Positions 30,513 to 40,846 of a stretch of 64,000 bases of DNA are shown piece by piece. The stretch comes from Clostridia bacterium (GTDB lineage: Bacteria; Bacillota; Clostridia; Oscillospirales; Acutalibacteraceae): assembly GCA_017521925.1 (NCBI GenBank), contig JAFXBG010000006.1, forward strand, positions 729-64,728, given 5' to 3'. The notes beneath the pieces were generated by a model, which was not told the DNA's origin, searched no databases, and worked only from the letters and a program-made list of their open reading frames with translations. Position numbers and translations under genes: made by a program. Numbering within the stretch: position 1 is the stretch's first letter; each line of letters starts with the position of its first letter.

Positions 30513-31107
30513 AAAGATTGAGGTTCCATTTTCAGAGCTTAGCATAAACAAAGCCGAAGCCTTACGCTATGCAGGTGTAAAAGGAGAAGCTGACGAAAAG
30601 CTCCTTAAGCTTTACAATAAAGCCTTTGAGCTTTTAAGTGAAAATGTAAAACCCCGTGCCGTTTATAAATGTGTTGATATAAGCTACACCGATGACGCCG
30701 TGGTTATTGACGGCGTTGAAATCAAAAGCATTGGTCTTAAGAAATTTTTAAAGGGTTCAACGGGTTGCTCTTTACTTGCTGCTACCGCAGGAATTGAGGC
30801 AGACAGGCTTATTACCCGATATTCAATGGTAGAGCCGTCATTAGCCCTTATGATAGATGCACTCTCGGCGGCTACGGTTGAGGCACTTTGCAACAAGCTG
30901 TGCTATGGTTGCTTTGAGGTCGAGGAGCAAAGGCGTTTTTCTCCCGGCTACTCCGACTTCCCCTTATCTTACCAGAAATTCATTATTTCGGCACTTTCCG
31001 CAGAGCTTAATATCGGAGTAACCCTGACAAATTCGCTGATGCTTGCCCCCTCTAAATCGGTTACAGCCATTGTTCCATTGAAAGGATGTTTTGAACTTGA
31101 GCATTAA
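30505..31107 (+). CDS. Stand-alone B12-dependent methionine synthase reactivation domain
   Basis: AATAG, RFSPGY.D.PL..Q, GV.LT.S.ML.P.KSVTA; lies between metF and metH. Confidence 0.88.
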   Translation: MIKKIEVPFSELSINKAEALRYAGVKGEADEKLLKLYNKAFELLSENVKPRAVYKCVDISYTDDAVVIDGVEIKSIGLKKFLKGSTGCSLLAATAGIEADRLITRYSMVEPSLALMIDALSAATVEALCNKLCYGCFEVEEQRRFSPGYSDFPLSYQKFIISALSAELNIGVTLTNSLMLAPSKSVTAIVPLKGCFELEH

Positions 31108-33469
31108 AGAAAAGCTTTCAAAAGAATTTATTATATTCGACGGTGCTATGGGCACTATGTTGCAGTTAAAAGGCTTAGGCAAAGATGCCCTGCCTGAAAC
31201 CTACAACATAACCAGACCTGAGGTTATCACAAATATTCACAAAGAATATCTTGAGGCAGGTGCCGATGTTATAACCGCCAACACCTTTGGTGCAAATCTT
31301 CTTAAGTTTTCAAAAGAAGAGCTTAAAAATATTATTGACGGTGCAATTTACTGTGCCGAAAAAGCACGGGAAGGCTTTAAAAACAAATACATCGCCCTTG
31401 ACATAGGCCCTTTAGGCAGGCTTCTGGCACCTTTCGGCGATTTAAGCTTTGACGAAGCTTATAATATTTTCGCAGAAACAATCCGTATAGCCAATGACCG
31501 TACCGACCTTATTATCATAGAAACAATGAACGACTCCTATGAAACCAAGGCGGCAGTTTTAGCAGCTAAGGAAGTAAGCTCTCTGCCTGTTTTTGTAAGC
31601 AATGTTTATGACGAAAACGAAAAGCTTATGACAGGCGCCGATGCAAAAGCAATGATAACTTTGCTTGAAGGCTTAGGGGCAGATGCCATTGGCCTTAACT
31701 GCTCCTTAGGTCCTGATAAGATGCTTGATATTCTGCCTGCATTTGCTAAATACAGCTCCACCCCCATTCTCATTATGCCTAACGCAGGACTACCTAAGGT
31801 TGTAAACGGCAAAACCGTTTTTGACGTAACTCCTGATGATTTTGCAAAAGCTATGGAAAAAGCAGGGGATATGGGCGCAACTGTCATAGGCGGATGTTGC
31901 GGTACAAATCCCGAATATATAAGAAAAATTTCGGAAATTTTAAAAGAAAAAACCCCAAAAGCTATAGAAAAGAAAAAACACACCCTGGTAAGCTCCTACA
32001 CCTATGCCGTAGAATGGGGCAGCTCTCCTGTGCTTATCGGTGAAAGAATTAACCCCACAGGCAAAAGCAGGGTAAAAGAGGCTTTCAGGGACAATGACCT
32101 TTCCTTTATTCTTTCCGAGGGTATTTATCAGCAAAAAGCAGGAGCAGATATGCTAGACGTAAACTGCGGTCTGCCCGAAATCAGCGAGGCTGAGGTGCTT
32201 TATAACACCGTCAAAGCTCTGCAGGGTGTAACAGACCTGCCCCTTGTAATTGATACTGCTGATGCAAAAGCTTTGGAAAAAGCCTTAAGAATTTACAACG
32301 GCAAACCCCTTATAAACTCTGTCAACGGTAAACAGGAATCTATGGATGCCGTATTCCCCTTGGCTAAAAAATACGGTGCGGCAGTGGTAGCCCTTACCCT
32401 TGACGAAAAGGGAATCCCCGAAACTGCCGAAGGCAGAATTAAAATCGCAGAAAGAATAATAAGCGAAGCCGCAAAATACGGCATAGACAAGAAGGACATT
32501 ATCGTTGATGCCCTTACTATGGCAATAAGCGCCGACAAAAACGCCGCCAAAATTACCCTTGATACCATTAAAGGCGTTACAGAATTGGGAGTAAACACTG
32601 TGCTCGGTGTTTCAAATGTTTCTTTCGGTTTACCTTCAAGAGACAGAGTTAATGCTGAATTTTTTGCTCTGGCTATCGGTGCAGGGCTTAAGGGAGCAAT
32701 TATGAACCCTCACTCCTCCCTTATGATGAATGCCGCCGAAAACCCCGACTTCAGTTCTTACGAAACCTTTGCCGAGGATATTATAGAAAAGGTAATGAAT
32801 GAGGAAAACACCGGTTCTGCTGTTTGTGCAAAGTCCGACAGCCTTACCTTGAAGGAAGCAATCGAAAACGGCCTTACAGAAAAAAGCAAGGAGCTTGCAA
32901 AGTCAGCACTTGTTGACACCGAGCCATTAGAGCTTGTAAAGTCAGAGATTATACCTGCTCTTGACAAGGTTGGCGAAGGCTTTGAAAAAGGTACGATTTA
33001 CCTGCCTTCGCTTTTAATGAGCGCCGAAGCTGCAAAGGCGGCTTTTTACGAAGTCAAGGCAAAGATGAACGAGACCGGCTCAAAGGCTACAAATGGCAGA
33101 CGGCTTGTAATCGCAACCGTTAAAGGCGACATTCACGACATCGGTAAGAATATTGTAAAGCTTCTTTTAGAAAATTACGGCTACGAGGTTATTGACCTTG
33201 GCAAGGATGTTGCACCCGAAACCATTGTTGAAGCCGCAATCGAAAACGACGTAAAGGTAGTGCTTCTCTCAGCACTTATGACCACCACCGTAGTATCAAT
33301 GGAAAACACCATTAAAGCACTTAAAAAATCCGCCCCGCACATAAAAACCATGGTTGGCGGAGCTGTGCTGACTGACGAATATGCAAAAATGATTGAGGCA
33401 GATTTTTACGCCAAGGATGCAATGCAAAGTGTAAGACTTTGCGACGAATATTTTGATACAATAAACTAA
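31091..33469 (+). CDS. metH: Cobalamin-dependent methionine synthase (Hcy, pterin and B12 domains; no reactivation domain)
   Basis: DGAMGT, GLNC, GGCCGT, IGERINPTG, GDIHDIGKNIV, SALMTTT; start may be TTG 31097. Confidence 0.93.
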   Translation: MNLSIKEKLSKEFIIFDGAMGTMLQLKGLGKDALPETYNITRPEVITNIHKEYLEAGADVITANTFGANLLKFSKEELKNIIDGAIYCAEKAREGFKNKYIALDIGPLGRLLAPFGDLSFDEAYNIFAETIRIANDRTDLIIIETMNDSYETKAAVLAAKEVSSLPVFVSNVYDENEKLMTGADAKAMITLLEGLGADAIGLNCSLGPDKMLDILPAFAKYSSTPILIMPNAGLPKVVNGKTVFDVTPDDFAKAMEKAGDMGATVIGGCCGTNPEYIRKISEILKEKTPKAIEKKKHTLVSSYTYAVEWGSSPVLIGERINPTGKSRVKEAFRDNDLSFILSEGIYQQKAGADMLDVNCGLPEISEAEVLYNTVKALQGVTDLPLVIDTADAKALEKALRIYNGKPLINSVNGKQESMDAVFPLAKKYGAAVVALTLDEKGIPETAEGRIKIAERIISEAAKYGIDKKDIIVDALTMAISADKNAAKITLDTIKGVTELGVNTVLGVSNVSFGLPSRDRVNAEFFALAIGAGLKGAIMNPHSSLMMNAAENPDFSSYETFAEDIIEKVMNEENTGSAVCAKSDSLTLKEAIENGLTEKSKELAKSALVDTEPLELVKSEIIPALDKVGEGFEKGTIYLPSLLMSAEAAKAAFYEVKAKMNETGSKATNGRRLVIATVKGDIHDIGKNIVKLLLENYGYEVIDLGKDVAPETIVEAAIENDVKVVLLSALMTTTVVSMENTIKALKKSAPHIKTMVGGAVLTDEYAKMIEADFYAKDAMQSVRLCDEYFDTIN

Positions 33470-33585
33470 GTTTGCCTGAGGGCAAGTGAAGTTAAAAAAC
33501 GCAGTGAAGCTGCTTCGTAGTGAAGTTTGCTGCACAAGTGTTTTACAAACTTAACTTCACTTTTAAATTTATTTAAAAACTTCAC
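33469..33585. repeat. Mini-hairpin array with AGTGAAGTT/AACTTCACT linkers in both orientations
   Basis: TGCCTGAGGGCA-AGTGAAGTT...AGTGAAGCT-GCTTCGT-AGTGAAGTT-TGCTGCACA-AGTG, then AACTTCAC twice. Confidence 0.65.
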
Positions 33586-33637
33586 AAAAAAGCCTGAAAA
33601 AGAAGATACAACTCTTTTTCAGGCTTTATATTTTTAT

Positions 33638-35032
33638 TTAATTTACGGGCTCATAGTAAACATCCAGAATAAGTTCAAATAATCCTTGCTCGTCTACTAT
33701 ATACTCTGCATATTCGCCGTTGTGGATAACTTCGCCCGGCACCTTGTTAAACTCAACTTCTCTTTCTGAGTTTACTACCGTGTATGCCAAAGCCGAAATT
33801 TTAGAGACATTAAGATTTGTAACAGAGTTGTCTTTTACAATATTGTAAAGGTCCAAAGGAACAGAAAAATCATTTTTGGTTCTTTCAATTGCTCTCTGGG
33901 TAAAACGCTCAATATAATTAATCTGACGGTTCATTCTGTCAACGCTTGAGTTAAGCTGGCTTACGTCACGATACTGCAGGTATGCTCTTGCATAATCACC
34001 GTACAGCTTTACTGTGTCACCTGCTCTGCCGTAAAAACCCATTCCGTTGTACATATAGTCGTCTTCAAGTGTAACGTATACACCCTTGACAGCATCGTTA
34101 AGCTCGCCTATGGCGTATACATCCATTGCAAAATAAGAGTTTATCGGAAGATTATAGAAAAGCCTTTCCACCGCCATTACGGTGTTTTCACAGCTGGTTT
34201 CCTTACCGTCGCCATAAGCATAAGCAAGGCAAAGCTGGGCGTTTTCCGTGCCTGTATACACACCGTCAGCAGAATAAACGGAAATATCTGAATAAATATC
34301 ACGGGAAATTGCAATAATGTTGGTTTTGCCTGTCTGTGTATCAAGTGCTACCAGGAAAAGTGCATCAGCCTGACCGCCCTTACCTACAAACTCGCCCTCT
34401 TCCATACCAAGACCGCCGCGTTTATCAACACCCATACAAAGTATCGATGTCATATTATTGTTATACACGTAAGTCTTGCCGTTATAGTTAATGGTTTTGT
34501 TTGAATTGTCAACAGAAACATCTGCACTTTCAATAACAGGAGCGGCAATTTCCACTTCTCCGCCTGTAAGCTGAGAAACTCCAGAGTTCTTAAGTATAAA
34601 GAACGCAACCAGAGCTATGGCCACAAGGGCAACCAATCCTGCCAGAATCCAACCTAAGTAAATCAGCAATTTCTCCCACCATTTTCTGTGGCGGTGTCTT
34701 TTCTTGCTATGGTGAGATGACTTTACAAAATTATTCCTTGAAGAATAAGATGTGTTATTATGGTTGCTGGAAAGGCTTAAGGGGCTCCTGCGTTTTCCAT
34801 AATACTTTGTATAGATAAAATCCTCGTACTCTTCTTCGTTATATGTGCTTTTAACCTTGTAAACCTTTCCGCCTTTCGTTTCGGGTTCAGGTTTTTCGGC
34901 TTTAGGAAGCTTTTTCTCAAGCTCTTCTGTAGTGTTGATATCTAAATCTGCTATACTTAACTCACGTTCTTCGGCAGGGTTAACGTTTATATCTTCACTA
35001 TTATTTTCAAATTCATTGGGTTCTCTGGTCAT
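33638..35032 (-). CDS. LCP (LytR-CpsA-Psr) family protein with a long cytoplasmic N-terminus
   Basis: TM helix, ILCMGVD, GQAD, AISRD, LAYAYG, R..RQ. Confidence 0.88.
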   Translation of the reverse strand: MTREPNEFENNSEDINVNPAEERELSIADLDINTTEELEKKLPKAEKPEPETKGGKVYKVKSTYNEEEYEDFIYTKYYGKRRSPLSLSSNHNNTSYSSRNNFVKSSHHSKKRHRHRKWWEKLLIYLGWILAGLVALVAIALVAFFILKNSGVSQLTGGEVEIAAPVIESADVSVDNSNKTINYNGKTYVYNNNMTSILCMGVDKRGGLGMEEGEFVGKGGQADALFLVALDTQTGKTNIIAISRDIYSDISVYSADGVYTGTENAQLCLAYAYGDGKETSCENTVMAVERLFYNLPINSYFAMDVYAIGELNDAVKGVYVTLEDDYMYNGMGFYGRAGDTVKLYGDYARAYLQYRDVSQLNSSVDRMNRQINYIERFTQRAIERTKNDFSVPLDLYNIVKDNSVTNLNVSKISALAYTVVNSEREVEFNKVPGEVIHNGEYAEYIVDEQGLFELILDVYYEPVN

Positions 35033-35789
35033 CTACAAGCACCCCCTGTACCAAAAATCTGAGGTTTGAAATATAATCGTGGCAAGTGCTTAAGGTAATA
35101 ATCCTGTCATCCGTTGTAAGCTCAACGCCTTCTCTTACCTGTGCATTTGCCGAATGAGGATTAAGGCAGTCCTTAAGATACTGCTCATAAACATCGTCTT
35201 TGTGAAATTCAAAGCTGTTCATAATATGCCTGTCGTCATAATCATAGGCGGCAAAAATCTTATAGGTCAGAATATGACCGGGAATGTAAATGTAAAGGGT
35301 ATCGTTTTCCTTAAAAAATTCAGGGTCTGAAAACTGATGAAGCCCTGCAAACATAGAGCCGTCCAGCATATTATGTCCGTAAAGCACCGTTACCCTTTCA
35401 ACAAAATATTTTGTGTTATGACGCTGAGAGTATATGGTGCCTGCAAAATCGTAGTTACCCCTGTAATCACGATGCAGATAGTAATTATCGTCTTCGTTAC
35501 TGCTTTGTGCCACAGGATAATCTATAACAGTGTTCGGAATTTTAAGCCAGGCATAAAGGTCTTTGTTTATCTTATCAAGCTCATCAAAATTAATAGGATT
35601 CTGGGGAAGGACTTCTTCCGTTGTAACAGAAGCTGTACCCTCTGTAGCAGGAGCAGTTGTAACTGAGGCAGTGGTATTATACACATCAGGAGCATCAGGC
35701 TGACAAGCTGACAAAACTCCTGCAAAAATACAAAGGCACAACATAAGCGATACTAAGCTTAAAAGCCTTTTTGCTTTAAAAATTTTCAT
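35013..35789 (-). CDS. srtB: Class B sortase (lipoprotein)
   Basis: Lipobox LSAC; AWLKIPNT.IDYPV, LYGHNM.DGSMF, ITLSTC...R. Confidence 0.9.
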   Translation of the reverse strand: MKIFKAKRLLSLVSLMLCLCIFAGVLSACQPDAPDVYNTTASVTTAPATEGTASVTTEEVLPQNPINFDELDKINKDLYAWLKIPNTVIDYPVAQSSNEDDNYYLHRDYRGNYDFAGTIYSQRHNTKYFVERVTVLYGHNMLDGSMFAGLHQFSDPEFFKENDTLYIYIPGHILTYKIFAAYDYDDRHIMNSFEFHKDDVYEQYLKDCLNPHSANAQVREGVELTTDDRIITLSTCHDYISNLRFLVQGVLVDDQRTQ

Positions 35790-35940
35790 CCCGATTCTCC
35801 TTTCTGTAAATACCTATACACATTAATTATATACCATTAAAACTTTATAGTCAATTGAGATTTAATTATTGCCAAAATAAAAAAACTTTGCCCGAAAAGT
35901 ATTTAACCTTTCGGGCAAAACTCTATTTACAATATAATTA

Positions 35941-36018
35941 AAAACTGCCATAGGCAATACCACTGGCAAAGCCAATAACACTGCGAAGCAATATCACTCG
36001 CCTTATGCGAATAAAACT
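35941..36018. repeat. Mini-hairpin array with AATAnnACT linkers (4 units)
   Basis: AAAACT-GCCATAGGC-AATACCACT-GGCAAAGCC-AATAACACT-GCGAAGC-AATATCACT-CGCCTTATGCG-AATAAAACT. Confidence 0.8.
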
Positions 36019-36021
36019 TTA

Positions 36022-37461
36022 TTAATACTGCTTGCCCCAGTAAACCATATGCTTTGCTTTCTTGCCGCAGCATACACAGGTGTCAGCAAGGTTTTCTTCC
36101 TCAAAGGGGATACAGCGGGACTTAACGCCGTTTGTAACCTCTTTAAGCTTTTCTTCGCACTCTTTCTCACCGCACCACATAGCCTTGATAAAGCCGGGCT
36201 TGTTTTCTGCAATGTCAACAAATTCGTCAAAGCTTGTGGCAACAGAGGTCTTTTCCTCCATATTTTTAAGTGCCTTTTCATACATTGCGTTGTGCACTGC
36301 ATCCAAAGCCTTCTGAACCTCTTGCGAGAGGTTATCAAGAGATACAAAAATCTTCTCTCTGTTGTCTCTGCGAACGATAACGCACTGGTTCTTCTCAATA
36401 TCCTTGGGGCCAAGCTCAACTCTTACGGGAACACCCTTCATCTCATATTCAGAGAACTTCCAGCCGGGAGCCTTGTCAGAAGCGTCAACCTTAACTCTGA
36501 AATCTTTCTTAAGGGTATCAGCAACCTCATAAACCTTGTCAAGCACACCTTCCTTATGCTGAGCAATAGGAATAAGAGCAACCTGAATGGGAGCAACCTT
36601 GGGAGGAAGCACCAAGCCGTCGTCGTCACCGTGAACCATAATGATTGCACCAATCATACGGGTGGAAACACCCCAGGATGTCTGGTGGGGATAGTGAAGC
36701 TTGTTGTCTCTGCCCTGATATGTAATGTCAAAGCTCTTGGCAAAGCCGTCACCGAAGTAATGTGTTGTACCGCCCTGAAGAGCTACGCCGTTATGCATCA
36801 TAGGCTCGATTGTGTAAGTAGCCTCAGCACCTGCAAACTTTTCTTTCTCGGTCTTTCTGCCCACAACTGCAGGAATAGCAAGAGTTTCGCGGTAGAAATC
36901 CTCATAAACCTTAAGCATCTTTAAGGTTTCGTCAATAGCTTCCTCAGCAGTTTCGTGCATTGTGTGGCCTTCCTGCCATAAGAACTCAGAAGTTCTGAGG
37001 AAGGGTCTTGTAGTCTTTTCCCAACGAACTACAGAGCACCACTGATTGTAAAGCTTAGGTAAATCTCTGTAAGTGTTGATGATTTTTGCGTAATGCTCAC
37101 AGAAAAGAGTCTCAGAAGTAGGACGAACACAGAGTCTCTCTGTAAGCTTTTCGCTGCCGCCTACTGTTACCCAAGCACACTCAGGAGCAAAGCCCTCAAC
37201 GTGGTCCTTTTCTTTCTGGAGAAGGCTTTCGGGAATAAACATAGGCATATATACGTTTTCAACGCCTGTTTCTTTAAAGCGGCGGTCAAGGTCTTTCTGG
37301 ATATTTTCCCAGATGCCGTAGCCGTAAGGGCGGATAACCATGCAGCCCTTAACGCCTGAATAGTCAACAAGCTCTGCCTTTTTAACAATATCAGTATACC
37401 ATTTTGCGAAATCCTCGTCACGGCTGGTAATAGCCTCTACCATTTTTTTGTTTTCTGCCAT
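36022..37461 (-). CDS. proS: Proline--tRNA ligase, archaeal/eukaryote-like type
   Basis: [30 protein letters not shown]-terminal Zn domain ending WGKQY; start at MAENKK. Confidence 0.97.
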   Translation of the reverse strand: MAENKKMVEAITSRDEDFAKWYTDIVKKAELVDYSGVKGCMVIRPYGYGIWENIQKDLDRRFKETGVENVYMPMFIPESLLQKEKDHVEGFAPECAWVTVGGSEKLTERLCVRPTSETLFCEHYAKIINTYRDLPKLYNQWCSVVRWEKTTRPFLRTSEFLWQEGHTMHETAEEAIDETLKMLKVYEDFYRETLAIPAVVGRKTEKEKFAGAEATYTIEPMMHNGVALQGGTTHYFGDGFAKSFDITYQGRDNKLHYPHQTSWGVSTRMIGAIIMVHGDDDGLVLPPKVAPIQVALIPIAQHKEGVLDKVYEVADTLKKDFRVKVDASDKAPGWKFSEYEMKGVPVRVELGPKDIEKNQCVIVRRDNREKIFVSLDNLSQEVQKALDAVHNAMYEKALKNMEEKTSVATSFDEFVDIAENKPGFIKAMWCGEKECEEKLKEVTNGVKSRCIPFEEENLADTCVCCGKKAKHMVYWGKQY

Positions 37462-37655
37462 AAATAGCACCTCACTTATCATATACCTTTTTATTATACA
37501 TATATCTGCATATAATTTCAAGTCCGAATTATTGACTGCCCCAATGTTAACAAGGACTATCTCAATAACTTTGCCCTCAGACCGCTGTCCCCCGCTGAGG
37601 CTATAAAAAGAAATAAAGCCGAGGATTTATCCCCGGCTTCAAAAGGTTTTATCAG

Positions 37656-37880
37656 TTAATTGCTCTCGATGTAAGAAACAAGCTCTGCAACGGTTCTGAT
37701 ATTGTCGATTTCCTCATCGGGAATCTCAATCTCAAACTCGTCCTCAATAGACATAAGAAGGTCTACAACGTCAAGTGAATCTGCGGATAAATCATCCTCA
37801 AGATTTGTGTCCATTGTGATTGTATCCTCTTCTACATCAAACTGCTCTGCAAGGATAACCTTAACTTTCTCAAAAACCAT
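37656..37880 (-). CDS. acpP: Acyl carrier protein
   Basis: DLSADSLDVVDL..IEDEF.IEIPDEE. Confidence 0.95.
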   Translation of the reverse strand: MVFEKVKVILAEQFDVEEDTITMDTNLEDDLSADSLDVVDLLMSIEDEFEIEIPDEEIDNIRTVAELVSYIESN

Positions 37881-37959
37881 AAAAATTTGCCTCCAAAAAG
37901 ATTTTGCTTATTTTCCGCTTATGCGGTTATCTTCGTGTCATACCGTTAGAGTTTTAATA

Positions 37960-38628
37960 TTACTCTGCCTTAGGAGCGATTGCCTTGTACACAAGTGCAG
38001 CAAGCACACCGCCAACAAGAGGAGCAACTATAAACACCCATACATTAGCGAGAGCCTCGCCGCCTGCAAAAATAGCAGGGCCTAAGCTTCTGGCAGGGTT
38101 TACGGATGTACCGGTAAAGTGAATACCGAAGATATGTACCAGTGTAAGTGTAAGACCGATTACAATGCCTGCAACCTTGCTGTTTTCAATTTTAGATGTA
38201 ACACCTAAAATTGCAAGAACAAATACAAAGGTAAGCACAACCTCAATAGCTAAAGACTTTAAAATATCACCATTATAAAGTCCGTTTGCACCAAAGCCGC
38301 AATCAAAGCCTAAGAAGTAGCCTAAAAGTGCAGCACCTGCAATTGCACCAAGAACCTGAGCTACAACATAGCCTACAAAATCCTTAATGTTCATTTTGCC
38401 GGAAACCAACATAGCAATTGAAACAGCAGGATTAATGTGACAGCCTGATACATTACCGATAGAGTATGCCATTGCAACAATAACAAGACCGAATGCAAGG
38501 GCGGTAAGCAGATATGCAACATTAGGGTCAGTGGTAGCACAGCCTACAGCAGCTGCAGTACCGCAAGCAAAAAGAACAAGTACCAAGGTGCCAATAAATT
38601 CAGCAATATACTTTTTAATGCTTTCCAT
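37960..38628 (-). CDS. MIP-family channel (aquaporin Z-like)
   Basis: Two NPA boxes: SGCHINPAVS and SVNPARS. Confidence 0.95.
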   Translation of the reverse strand: MESIKKYIAEFIGTLVLVLFACGTAAAVGCATTDPNVAYLLTALAFGLVIVAMAYSIGNVSGCHINPAVSIAMLVSGKMNIKDFVGYVVAQVLGAIAGAALLGYFLGFDCGFGANGLYNGDILKSLAIEVVLTFVFVLAILGVTSKIENSKVAGIVIGLTLTLVHIFGIHFTGTSVNPARSLGPAIFAGGEALANVWVFIVAPLVGGVLAALVYKAIAPKAE

Positions 38629-38829
38629 AGATATATCTCCTTAACATATAATCTGTGCAACAAACTAAGTATGACACTGTTGCTAAAAACATATTATTGG
38701 TAAATCCTTACTTTGTCAATAGGTTTTTGAAAAATTGACATTTTTGTCATTTTAGTTTTTTCTGATATGTTGATTTTAACGAGATTTTAATGTACAATTC
38801 TTATCATATTCAGCAAAAGAGGTATGTAT

Positions 38830-39675
38830 ATGAAAAAAGGTCTGGTTTTAGAAGGCGGTGCCATGAGAGGAATGTTTTCCGCCGGTGTTATGGATGTTCT
38901 TATGGAAAATGGTATTGAATTTGACGGTTTGGTGGGTGTTTCGGCAGGTGCCGTTTTCGGCTGTAATTACAAGTCAAAACAAATCGGCAGAACAATCCGC
39001 TACAATATGAAATACATAAAAGACCCCCGTTACTGCTCTTTTCGTTCTCTTATAAAAACAGGCGATATGTTCGGAAAAGATTTTTGTTATAATAAAATCC
39101 CCAATGAACTTGACGTATTTGATAACGACACATTTAAAAGTAACCCCTTAAAATTCTATGTTGTTGCTACCGATATTAACACAGGCAAAGCAATTTACAA
39201 ACCCATAGACTCCGCTGACGAAAAAGGGCTTGAGTATATGCGTGCATCAGCATCAATGCCTCTGGTTTCTACAATTATCAGTATCGACGGCAAAGAACTG
39301 CTTGACGGCGGTATTACCGATTCAGTCCCACTTGAATTTTTCATAAACAAAGGCTACGAAAAAAACTTAGCCGTCCTCACACAGCCCAAAGGCTACATTA
39401 AAGAGAAAAACAGCCTTATTCCTATTATGAAGCTATCTCTTAGAAAATACCCGAAGCTTATTGATGCAATGGCTAACCGTCATATTTTATATAACAACCA
39501 GATTGAATATGCCGAAAATGCTGAAAAGCTCGGCAAAGCTTTTATTATAAGACCCAAAGAAAAGCTTCCTATAGGCAGACTTGAAAAGAACCCTGAAACC
39601 CTCAGGAAGGTTTATGACCTTGGCAGACAGGAAGCCTTGGATAATCTTGATAAATTAAAAGAATACCTTAAATAA
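38830..39675 (+). CDS. Patatin-family phospholipase
   Basis: LEGGAMRG, GVSAG, ASASMP, DGG. Confidence 0.92.
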   Translation: MKKGLVLEGGAMRGMFSAGVMDVLMENGIEFDGLVGVSAGAVFGCNYKSKQIGRTIRYNMKYIKDPRYCSFRSLIKTGDMFGKDFCYNKIPNELDVFDNDTFKSNPLKFYVVATDINTGKAIYKPIDSADEKGLEYMRASASMPLVSTIISIDGKELLDGGITDSVPLEFFINKGYEKNLAVLTQPKGYIKEKNSLIPIMKLSLRKYPKLIDAMANRHILYNNQIEYAENAEKLGKAFIIRPKEKLPIGRLEKNPETLRKVYDLGRQEALDNLDKLKEYLK

Positions 39676-39677
39676 CC

Positions 39678-39709
39678 AAAGACCTGCTTTAAATCAAAGC
39701 AGGTCTTTT
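39678..39709. terminator. Bidirectional terminator between convergent genes
   Basis: AAAGACCTGCTTT-AAATC-AAAGCAGGTCTTTT. Confidence 0.75.
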
Positions 39710-39711
39710 AA

Positions 39712-40752
39712 CTACATAAAAAGGCTTAGTATTTTACTGTTGGTTTTTTCCTTGATTTTACACAGCACAAATGCTGTAACGGCGGATAAAAAGCTGATTA
39801 TGAAAAAGTAGGTTATTCTTTCCGCATCTTCCTTTGCAATAATCAGACCGAACAAGTTGATTATCATTGGATGAGCAAAATACACAACCGAGCTCATATT
39901 TCTCAGCAGAGTTGCAGTTCTATCGCTTATATCAAGATTACAGCTCTTAACCCACACAAACAGAAAATAGATAGTAGGAACAATCATAAATGCATACTGA
40001 ACATACCAGCTTCTGTTTGCATTATAGCAAAAGAACAAAGATTCAGCCACAAACAGTATATAGCATACCGCAAATAAAATTAATGCAGTGTTTTTTCTCA
40101 GTTTGCATTTATCAACATACAGACAGGTAGTTACCGACGGCATAATAAGAAGGTACGCCCCTACGGGAATGGGTACAAATTCTATTAATCTGACTATAAT
40201 TCCGGGAACAAACAGTTTGCCGTAAGTATAGTAAATTACGCCAATCACATAAACAACCGCCATAATTACAGTAAAGGCTTTTATATTGATGTGCCTAAGC
40301 AAAAAGTACATAGCAGGTATTACATACAGCAAGCACAATATATACCACAAATGATAATAGGGCCACTTAACCAGAAATGCTTTGAAAAAGCTTAAAAACG
40401 TCCTTAAAGAAAAGCTGTCCGTTACTATCCACTGCGGAATAAGCCACACAAGGTAAACCCCTGTCCACAAAACATACAAAAGCAGTATTCTAAGAAAATA
40501 TTTTTTCAGTCTTCCAAAGTTTTCTGCAGATTTTTTTATTTTTCCATTTTCAAAATCAAGCTTTCTGAAGAAAAAATAACAGCTTGCCATAAAGAAAAAC
40601 GGAACCGCCAAACCCGAAATAACATTTCTGAAAACATAGTTTGCCAACGCAGAGTATGGTTCAAAGGGACGTACGTGTATACCCACAACAAAGAACGCGA
40701 AAATAAATTTTGCAAGGTCAATTGACTTCAGTCCTGCAGATTTTCCGCTCAT
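39712..40752 (-). CDS. Acyltransferase-3 family membrane protein
   Basis: ID..KF..A..VV.IH, AVPFFF, HLWY, YF.HP; about 10 TM helices. Confidence 0.82.
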   Translation of the reverse strand: MSGKSAGLKSIDLAKFIFAFFVVGIHVRPFEPYSALANYVFRNVISGLAVPFFFMASCYFFFRKLDFENGKIKKSAENFGRLKKYFLRILLLYVLWTGVYLVWLIPQWIVTDSFSLRTFLSFFKAFLVKWPYYHLWYILCLLYVIPAMYFLLRHINIKAFTVIMAVVYVIGVIYYTYGKLFVPGIIVRLIEFVPIPVGAYLLIMPSVTTCLYVDKCKLRKNTALILFAVCYILFVAESLFFCYNANRSWYVQYAFMIVPTIYFLFVWVKSCNLDISDRTATLLRNMSSVVYFAHPMIINLFGLIIAKEDAERITYFFIISFLSAVTAFVLCKIKEKTNSKILSLFM

Positions 40753-40846
40753 AACAGCACCCCCGATATAAATTACAAAAATATATTATCATAGTAAAGC
40801 ACTATAATCAAGTAAAGCGCCGTGATTTTATCACGACGCTTTCAGT

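Noticed and set aside
35941-36018. Mini-hairpin arrays as CRISPR
   Set aside because: Repeats of 9 nt and inserts of 7-11 nt are far too short, and no cas genes are present.
36049-36924. 291-aa ORF antisense to proS (likewise 55287-56057 opposite the LCP gene)
   Set aside because: Mirror-frame shadows of real genes.
37462-37655. T-box leader for proS (also checked upstream of gltX)
   Set aside because: No GGTGGNACCGCG T-box motif, and a promoter-like sequence lies close to the start codon.
39712-40752. Resemblance to the VanT membrane domain
   Set aside because: No racemase domain or van genes; the generic acyltransferase-3 family explains it.
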